From Candidatus Wolframiiraptor gerlachensis (GTDB taxonomy: Archaea > Thermoproteota > Nitrososphaeria_A > Caldarchaeales > Wolframiiraptoraceae), in contig JAJPCT020000017.1 of assembly GCA_021323375.2 (NCBI GenBank), positions 65,970 to 129,969 on the forward strand: 64,000 nucleotides of DNA. The letters run 5' to 3'. The translations under genes were made by a program, and so were the position numbers. Each line of letters starts with the position of its first letter. Position 1 is the stretch's first letter. The notes beneath the pieces were generated by a model. That model ran no database searches. It worked only from the letters and a program-made list of their open reading frames with translations, and was not told where the DNA came from. Positions 57,678 through 64,000 of this stretch are shown here, piece by piece.

Positions 57678-58829
57678 TTGATATTTCTCCCGAAAGTGGT
57701 TCGTGAGAAGGAGTGCAAAGTCTGCGGCGCCAAGTCGAGGAATATCTCGGAGAGCATCGGCGTCTGCGTTAGATGCCTCAGGGAGAGGCCTGAGGAGGCT
57801 TTAGAAATAGCCATACGATCTCATCGAGAGAGTAGGGTGAGGTGGGGTCTTCCACCCGAGCCGCCGAGGACGGCTGGCGGGATAAGATGCGGGCTCTGCG
57901 ATGCGAACTGCTTGATCGGGGAGGGCGAGGCGGGCTACTGCGGCCTGAGAAGAAATTTCGGCGGAAGACTCCAGTCGCTCGTCTCGGCGGAGAAGGCGCT
58001 ACTCCACTACTATCTAGATGCTCATGTTACAAACTGCTGCGCGGCATGGTTCTGCCCAGCTGGAACGGGATGCGGCTACCCAGCCTACGCGGTCAAGAAC
58101 GGGCCCGAGTATGGCTACTATAACCTCGCGCTCTTCTTCTATGGCTGTAGCTTTGACTGCCTTTTCTGCCAGAACTGGTCTCATAAGAGGCTGAATGAGG
58201 GAGGGCTTGTATCGGCTGACGAGCTGGTCGAATACACTCTCAGGAACTTTAGGATTACGTGCTGGTGCTGGTTCGGCGGCTCCCCGGAGCCGCAGCTGCC
58301 ATTCGCTATAAACGCTTCCCGGAGGATATTGGAGGAAAAGCCTGAGAGGAGGATCGTTAGGATCTGCTTTGAGTGGAATGGATGCGGGGCGCCCGAGCTC
58401 GTTAAGAAGGCTGGGGAGCTCGCATATATCAGCGGCGGCAATATAAAGTTCGACCTGAAGGCCTATACGCCGAGCGTTCACCGCGCCCTAACAGGGAGGG
58501 ATAATAAGCGTGTCCTCGAGAACTTCGAGCTGATATACAAGGAGTTTTATGAGCGGAGAAGAGATGCCCCGGTCTTGAACGCGACAACCCTCCTCGTCCC
58601 CCACTACGTTGATGAGTATGAGGTCTCGATGATCGCGGAGTTCATAGCGAGCCTCGACCCCGAGATTCCATACAGCCTCCTCATATTCCACCCGGATTAT
58701 CTCATGAGCGATATGACGATAACCCCTAGAGAGCAGGTTGAGAGATGCTATCAGGCCGCGAAGAAGCATCTCAAAAGGGTGAATATCGGGAATGTCGCCC
58801 TCCTCGGCCTAGCCGAGGCTGAGATCTGA
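57678..58829 (+). CDS. Radical SAM protein (PflA/AmmeMemoRadiSam-like)
   Basis: GCSFDCLFCQN, GGSPEP, FDLKA, TLLVP; N-terminal Cys clusters. Confidence 0.88.
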   Translation: MIFLPKVVREKECKVCGAKSRNISESIGVCVRCLRERPEEALEIAIRSHRESRVRWGLPPEPPRTAGGIRCGLCDANCLIGEGEAGYCGLRRNFGGRLQSLVSAEKALLHYYLDAHVTNCCAAWFCPAGTGCGYPAYAVKNGPEYGYYNLALFFYGCSFDCLFCQNWSHKRLNEGGLVSADELVEYTLRNFRITCWCWFGGSPEPQLPFAINASRRILEEKPERRIVRICFEWNGCGAPELVKKAGELAYISGGNIKFDLKAYTPSVHRALTGRDNKRVLENFELIYKEFYERRRDAPVLNATTLLVPHYVDEYEVSMIAEFIASLDPEIPYSLLIFHPDYLMSDMTITPREQVERCYQAAKKHLKRVNIGNVALLGLAEAEI

Positions 58830-58875
58830 TCAATGGATAAATTACCGGTAATATCCTGAATGGTGAGGATGGAGG

Positions 58876-59646
58876 ATGGGGGCGGAGGTCGAGATAATAG
58901 TTAAGCCCCCGAGCATGAGGGCCTCTAAGGAGGCCGCCGCAGAGCTGAAGCGTATCGAGCCCGACGCTATAATGCTAAACCTCCCCGAGAACATAAGTGA
59001 CCTAGTACAGGATCTAGCCTCCGAGAGCATCAAGTATGAGGACTTCATAGAGGAGGTTGGAGAGAGGCTTCCAAGCCCCGTGGAGGCTTGGATCAAGGGA
59101 TATGAGCATATCTTACTCGAGCTCCGGGAATTAAGGAGAGGCCCCGATGTCTACTGTTATGGAGACCTAGTCTCATTCGAGGTGGAGGCGAGGAGAGCAA
59201 TTGAGGTTGCACGCCTAACCCTTAGAACGATCATAACGGGGCGCGTCGACGTGGATGAGTGGCTTAAGCTATTCTCGGAGGAGAGGAGGATAGTTGAGGC
59301 TGGCTCAATCAGGGAGGCGGAAAAGGTCGCTAGCACGCTGATACGCTATGAGAGGGCCGCCTGCATCTCAGAGCATGCGCCAACTCATCTTAAGGCGAGG
59401 CTGGCAAGAGAGGGCATGATTACTAGGGTGCGCTATGTCGGACAGCCCTATCACTTCACTCCGCTGGAAACCCTGAGAAGAAAAATCGCAAAGGGAAACG
59501 TGAGTAGGGAGGAGGTTGAGGCTCTCGTGAGAGAGCATGTGAAATTCATCAGGGAATATGTTTACCGTAAGCCGCTCCTAGAAGCGCTTGACGAGTGGAG
59601 CATGAAGAAGCTCTACTGGCTCTATGGATGCAGGGATAAACCTTAA
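58876..59646 (+). CDS. Hypothetical protein
   Basis: 256-aa ORF with GGAGG SD and host-like codon usage. Confidence 0.7.
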   Translation: MGAEVEIIVKPPSMRASKEAAAELKRIEPDAIMLNLPENISDLVQDLASESIKYEDFIEEVGERLPSPVEAWIKGYEHILLELRELRRGPDVYCYGDLVSFEVEARRAIEVARLTLRTIITGRVDVDEWLKLFSEERRIVEAGSIREAEKVASTLIRYERAACISEHAPTHLKARLAREGMITRVRYVGQPYHFTPLETLRRKIAKGNVSREEVEALVREHVKFIREYVYRKPLLEALDEWSMKKLYWLYGCRDKP

Positions 59647-59672
59647 TTCCAGGGGGATTTCCAGCCCACGAC

Positions 59673-60203
59673 ATGAGCTATCTCCTCCTTGTCATAGATT
59701 TTCAAGAGAGGTTGCTGAAGCATATTCATGGCTCGGATGATGTCTTGAGGAGCGCGGTTAAGCTGATTAGGGCCTGCAGGGTTCTAGGAGTCCCTATAAT
59801 ATTGACTGAGCAGATCAAGCTCGGTGAAACTATTAGGGAGGTGAGGGAGGCCGCTGGTGTGGAGCCGATATTAAAGTCGAGCTTTAGCTGTGTGAAGTGC
59901 GAGCAGGTTCGCGGGTTCTTGGAGAAGATTAGGCCTAAGGCGGTGATCTTGGCCGGAATCGAGGCGCATATCTGCATACTCCAGACCGCTCTAGATCTTC
60001 TCGAGCTCGGCTATAGGGTCTATATTCCCGTGGACTGCATCGGCTCTAGGAGACCTATTGACAAGGAGGTCGCGGTCCAGCGGATGATAAGCGCCGGGGC
60101 AATACCAACCACATGGGAGACGCTTGTATACGAGATGCTTGGATCAGCGGAGCATGAGAAGTTCCGCGAAATTCTTGAGATAGTAAAATCTAGTGATTCC
60201 TGA
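59673..60203 (+). CDS. Isochorismatase-family hydrolase
   Basis: IDFQERL, TEQ, K.SFSC, GIEAHIC..QT. Confidence 0.92.
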   Translation: MSYLLLVIDFQERLLKHIHGSDDVLRSAVKLIRACRVLGVPIILTEQIKLGETIREVREAAGVEPILKSSFSCVKCEQVRGFLEKIRPKAVILAGIEAHICILQTALDLLELGYRVYIPVDCIGSRRPIDKEVAVQRMISAGAIPTTWETLVYEMLGSAEHEKFREILEIVKSSDS

Positions 60204-60229
60204 GCTGTGGCGCATGGGGGTATTGGGCC

Positions 60230-60688
60230 ATGCCTGTGAGTAGGGAGTTTGAGGAGCTCGTGAGGAGGCTGGGCGGCGAGATTCTTGAGCTGGATGCGCC
60301 GGTCAAGACCGTGGAGCAGGCTGCTAGGGCGACGGGAGCAGACCCGGGCCAAATTATCAAGTCAATCCTCCTAGTAACTGAGGGTGGAGGGGCTGTTTTG
60401 GCGATAGTTGATGGTAGGTCGCGGATCGACATGAGGAAGATTGAGAAGAGGCTTGGCAGGGCGAGGCTTGCATCGCCTCGAGAAGTTAAGGAGATTACAG
60501 GATATGAGGTTGGAGAGCTCCCGCCCATAGGCATCCCGCTTAAGACCCTGATCGACCCAAGGGTCCTCGAGAAGAGTTATGTCCTAGGCGGAGGCGGGGC
60601 CATAAACAAGTTGATAAGAATAGATCCACGTAAGATTGTCGAGACCCAGAATGCCGAGATCGAGGATATATCGGCTGAGATGCGATGA
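60230..60688 (+). CDS. YbaK/EbsC aminoacyl-tRNA deacylase family protein
   Basis: T.EQAA, QIIKS, TGY.VG..PP.G, GGG. Confidence 0.9.
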   Translation: MPVSREFEELVRRLGGEILELDAPVKTVEQAARATGADPGQIIKSILLVTEGGGAVLAIVDGRSRIDMRKIEKRLGRARLASPREVKEITGYEVGELPPIGIPLKTLIDPRVLEKSYVLGGGGAINKLIRIDPRKIVETQNAEIEDISAEMR

Positions 60689-60745
60689 CTTGCCGAGATC
60701 GCCGCATCAAAGTATATAATTTGGGGCGTTCTTCGTGGAGATGCG

Positions 60746-60843
60746 GGGCCCGTAGCTCAGCCTGGTTGGAGCGTCCGGCTGATAACCGGAAGAAAACCCG
60801 AGTAGAGACCGGAAGGTCGTGGGTTCGAATCCCACCGGGCCCA
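60746..60843 (+). tRNA. tRNA-Ile (GAT) with 23-nt intron (60785-60807)
   Basis: TCCGG-CT-GAT-A[accggaagaaaacccgagtagag]A-CCGGA; TATA GTATATAA upstream. Confidence 0.92.
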
Positions 60844-60865
60844 CACCTAAACTCTCCTTACCATG

Positions 60866-61819
60866 TTATGACCTGGAGCAGGCGGCTGCTTCCAGAATTA
60901 GGCTTGGATCAATTCCGGATGGGAGAGGCCACATCATTAGAACTTCATAGCTCAGCTTCATGCTCTCTGAGCTCCTTCCACCAAGCAGTAGCTCGAGTAG
61001 CGATGGCGCTCGGGGCTTTATCCACCTCGCCGGAGCTGTCTCCGGCAACCCTGCAAGCCGCCTAGCCTCGCTAATCGCATCCTCCAAGCTTCCAACCTTA
61101 TCCACCAAGCCGATCTCAGCCGCCTGAGCCCCGAGATATGGTCTCGCGGACAATACCTCATCCCAGTTCCTGATCTTATCTCCTCGAGCCTCTCGAGCCC
61201 TATCCGCAAATATTCCAGCTATCCTATTGATTATGTCTTGCATTATCCGGCGTTCCTCATCCGTCATGGGCCTCCAAGCGCTCCCAATATCCTTTAGCTC
61301 GCCGCTTTTGAATGTCTCAACCTTTATCCCAAGCTTACCCATGAGCTCGGCCCAGTTTATCACAAGCGACACGGCTCCGACCGAGCCTGTGAGGGCGTGA
61401 GGTGACGCGATTATCTCGTCAGTGGGCAGGGCTATGTAATATCCTCCAGAGGCGCCATACTCGCTGATATAGGCGATGACCACACGATCATCCGCGAGCC
61501 TCTTAATCATGTGATAGATCTCCTCCGAGGCCGCAGCCGATCCTCCCGGGCTATTGATCACTAGGACAATAGCCTCGGCGAATGGATCGGACTCTATCCT
61601 CCCGACTAGCTCCTCAACCTCGCTCGGCGTAAGGGTCTCGCCCGACAGCAACGCAAGTGGCGACTCGGAGTATGCTATCGTCCCGCTTAGCTGGACTAGG
61701 GCCACATAGCTGACGCTGGCCTGCCCCATCGGCATCGCTACCGCTAGGATCGCGGCGGACGCCACCCCAGCCCCTAGACATAATCCTATGATAAGCCAGA
61801 TCCACCATCTGGAAACCAT
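60866..61819 (-). CDS. sppA: Signal peptide peptidase SppA (S49)
   Basis: INSPGGS, ASGGYY, TGSVG, KSG..KD, GLVD..G. Confidence 0.93.
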   Translation of the reverse strand: MVSRWWIWLIIGLCLGAGVASAAILAVAMPMGQASVSYVALVQLSGTIAYSESPLALLSGETLTPSEVEELVGRIESDPFAEAIVLVINSPGGSAAASEEIYHMIKRLADDRVVIAYISEYGASGGYYIALPTDEIIASPHALTGSVGAVSLVINWAELMGKLGIKVETFKSGELKDIGSAWRPMTDEERRIMQDIINRIAGIFADRAREARGDKIRNWDEVLSARPYLGAQAAEIGLVDKVGSLEDAISEARRLAGLPETAPARWIKPRAPSLLELLLGGRSSESMKLSYEVLMMWPLPSGIDPSLILEAAACSRS

Positions 61820-61868
61820 TATCCTCAGACGACCATGTTGATCGCGCTATAAATTCGTTCTCCAGCAG

Positions 61869-62417
61869 CTATGGCTTGACAAGCCTGGTGGGGATTGCGA
61901 AAAGCCTTCCACCCATGTGCATCGGCAGCGCAACCTTCTCAATATTCCATACGCCATTCTTGAAGAGGTCCTCCTCGCAATATGCCTCCAAGACCTCTCC
62001 CACGAAGATGATGCACTCACCTGCCTCGAGCTGTGAGCTGAGCCTGCATTCTAAATGCGCCACACACTCATCAACTATCGGCGCCTTAACCCTCCTCGCA
62101 GGCCTCGGGGTCAGCCCGGCCAGCTTAAACTTATCCACATCTTTACCACTCTTAGTCCCGCAAACCCATACCGCCTTGAGGAGCCGCTCATCCGGGACAT
62201 TCACCGTGAACTCGCCCGACTCCCTAATAAGCCGGCTGGTATAGCTCTCGGACCAGAGCGCGATAGCTATCATTGGCGGCTCCTCGCTAACAGGCATATT
62301 CCAAGCACACGTCAATACATTCGGCCTACCATCACGGGAAACCGAGACCACGAGAACAGTCATACATGGATGAAGCAGCTTATAGAAATCATCCATAACA
62401 TCAACCTTTACGCCCAT
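61869..62417 (-). CDS. Flavin reductase-like FMN-binding protein
   Basis: N....W..P.S..PP, EFTVN, G..SG...DKF, ..EC. Confidence 0.9.
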   Translation of the reverse strand: MGVKVDVMDDFYKLLHPCMTVLVVSVSRDGRPNVLTCAWNMPVSEEPPMIAIALWSESYTSRLIRESGEFTVNVPDERLLKAVWVCGTKSGKDVDKFKLAGLTPRPARRVKAPIVDECVAHLECRLSSQLEAGECIIFVGEVLEAYCEEDLFKNGVWNIEKVALPMHMGGRLFAIPTRLVKP

Positions 62418-62564
62418 TAACCTTCCCGCACCTCCACATTAAGAGAGCCTAGAAAACCTAGTAACTACCCTTTCTTTAAGATCTCAACAATATTTAAAAA
62501 TTCTCCAAAGCTACTATGGAGAGCTGCGAATATGGTAAGCTATGACATCATGAGGGATTAAACA

Positions 62565-63392
62565 ATGAGGGGAAAACGTAGAAGCGTTAGGGAGAGACTT
62601 AGGCTTTACGATGAGGTTACGAGGTTGAAGAAGCTGGGGCTTGGTTATAAGCGGATAGCAGGGATTATTGAGGAGAGGTATAGTGTTCGGCTGAATCCGA
62701 GCATGATATGCAATTGGGTCAGGGGCAGATATCATCCGCTCGGGAGGTGTAACAGGATAGTTGAGGGGCCTGGACTAGCATATGTTATTGGTGGATGGCT
62801 TGGAGATGGTTCACTCAACGAGGACAGCAATAGTTATAAGTATTGTATACGGCTCTCCTGTGAGGATTATGATTTCGCCGAGGAATGGGGTCGATGTCTC
62901 GCTGAGGCTCTTGGTAGATCGAGGCCGTATGTGCCGAGATGGGATGATAATGATCAGAGGTGGGTTGTCAGAGGAACCAGCGTACCGCTATATGGTTTGT
63001 TAAAGAGTGCTAGGGAGGATCCTTGGACCCTTACGCCTTATCTTGAGAAATATCCTGCGCAGGCGTGTAAAGGATTCTTTGATGCGGAAGGATGGGTTAA
63101 CGTTGAGCGATATATGGTCGTAGCAGGTAGCACGAACCCTGATAATATCTGCCTATTTGAGAAACTTCTCAGAAAGCTGGACATCGATTGTAGAAGGCAC
63201 AAATGCCGCCAGAGTGAGACGTTGATAAGTCCGAGAGACGGTAAGCTGTATCGCCGTAATAGCGAGTTTATTATGTATTTAGCGATCTACGGGAAGGATA
63301 ATATCCTAAGGTTTGCTGATAAGGTTAGCTTTACTATTGCGAGGAAGCGGGCAGCACTGATGGAGCTGGTGAGAAAATATCGTGGATACTAA
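62565..63392 (+). CDS. Free-standing LAGLIDADG homing endonuclease with N-terminal HTH
   Basis: LAYVIGGWLGDGS and CKGFFDAEGWV motifs; GLGYKRIA...ICNWV HTH; no intein splice motifs. Confidence 0.85.
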   Translation: MRGKRRSVRERLRLYDEVTRLKKLGLGYKRIAGIIEERYSVRLNPSMICNWVRGRYHPLGRCNRIVEGPGLAYVIGGWLGDGSLNEDSNSYKYCIRLSCEDYDFAEEWGRCLAEALGRSRPYVPRWDDNDQRWVVRGTSVPLYGLLKSAREDPWTLTPYLEKYPAQACKGFFDAEGWVNVERYMVVAGSTNPDNICLFEKLLRKLDIDCRRHKCRQSETLISPRDGKLYRRNSEFIMYLAIYGKDNILRFADKVSFTIARKRAALMELVRKYRGY

Positions 63393-63703
63393 AACGAAAA
63401 AGTAATTTTGAAAGTGGAAAGGAAAAAGGAAAGGTTTAATGGAAAGAAGGGGAGAGGCCGCTTCATGTTTACCACAAGGCATTATTTGTGTTTGGTTTAT
63501 ATCGTCTCATACGTTTAAGGTTAAGGGTTAATGTGAGTATCTACCTCAGTCGTCCGTCACAGCATAAATAGCATATAGCATTTCGAAGCATAAGGTTTGA
63601 TGAGACCTAAATTTTCGGCACCTTACCCCCAGAAGTGCTTGTAGGAACTTAGCCCTTAGATCAGCCCATCGAGCTCAGAATTCAGATTTATGGAGATAGA
63701 TGA

Positions 63704-63800
63704 TGCCCCGGCCGGGATTTGTTCCGGCCTTCTCGGCCGATTGAACCCGGGTCGTGGGCTCGAGAGGCCCACATCCTTGGCCGGGCTAGACCACCGGGGC
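63704..63800 (-). tRNA. tRNA-Glu (CTC) with 22-nt non-canonical T-loop intron (~63719-63740)
   Basis: TGGGC-CT-CTC-GA-GCCCA; CCGGG-TTCAA[tcggccgagaaggccggaacaa]AT-CCCGG. Confidence 0.9.
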
Positions 63801-63883
63801 CGGCTTAGAGTTCTAAACACGAATATATCTATTTTCTCCTCGACCCATTTCGTCTGACTTATTTCGCTTTACTCTTTTCTGTA

Positions 63884-63918
<35 letters not shown>

Positions 63919-64000
63919 TAATTCCTCCCAGCTATCCTAGATAATACAAGGTAGCTCCTTTTATCGGATTAAATCCTACGAGGATGAGAAATTTAAGGAA

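Noticed and set aside
60685-61065. 126-aa plus-strand ORF
   Set aside because: It is a translation of tRNA-Ile plus antisense sppA
62565-63392. LAGLIDADG as part of an intein or rRNA intron
   Set aside because: No N-terminal Cys/Ser block, no HN end, and no flanking host gene or rRNA
63393-63700. GAAAG-rich tract as a repeat array
   Set aside because: Irregular purine-rich low complexity with no constant period; probably an opposite-strand terminator

Overview
This window is chromosomal DNA from a thermophilic TACK archaeon, probably an Aigarchaeota/Caldarchaeales-like Nitrososphaerota. That placement is inferred from Elf1, the short helicase-less XPF, a tungsten-type AOR and intron-containing tRNAs. 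Most of it is dense housekeeping genes: translation (rps27ae, rps24e, rps6e, aIF5B, aIF1, PheRS-alpha, CysRS, ThrRS), t6A/tRNA modification (Kae1, Bud32, Sua5, Elp3), TFB, Elf1, PriS, GINS, GGGP synthase, CoaD, MoaA/AOR and GT-C glycosyltransferases. There are six tRNA genes, four of them with introns (one in the T-loop), and four box C/D sRNA candidates, three of them clustered. Four accessory patches interrupt the backbone. (i) A decayed AT-rich island at ~0.6-3.4 kb with a degenerate mini-CRISPR array. (ii) A broken compact IS110/Nop-like gene lacking the serine finger, followed by a structured ncRNA, at ~20.8-21.6 kb. (iii) A frameshifted TnpB with an intact right-end RNA at 34.7-36.0 kb. 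(iv) A free-standing LAGLIDADG endonuclease next to a T-loop-intron tRNA-Glu and an intron-less tRNA 3' fragment at 62.5-63.9 kb. The best leads for undescribed biology are the IS110/Tas-like RuvC-Nop protein with its RNA, the HEG/tRNA-intron module, a YqgF-like nuclease plus Clp1 kinase pair, and the C/D sRNA cluster. All calls come from reading motifs by eye; no searches were run.
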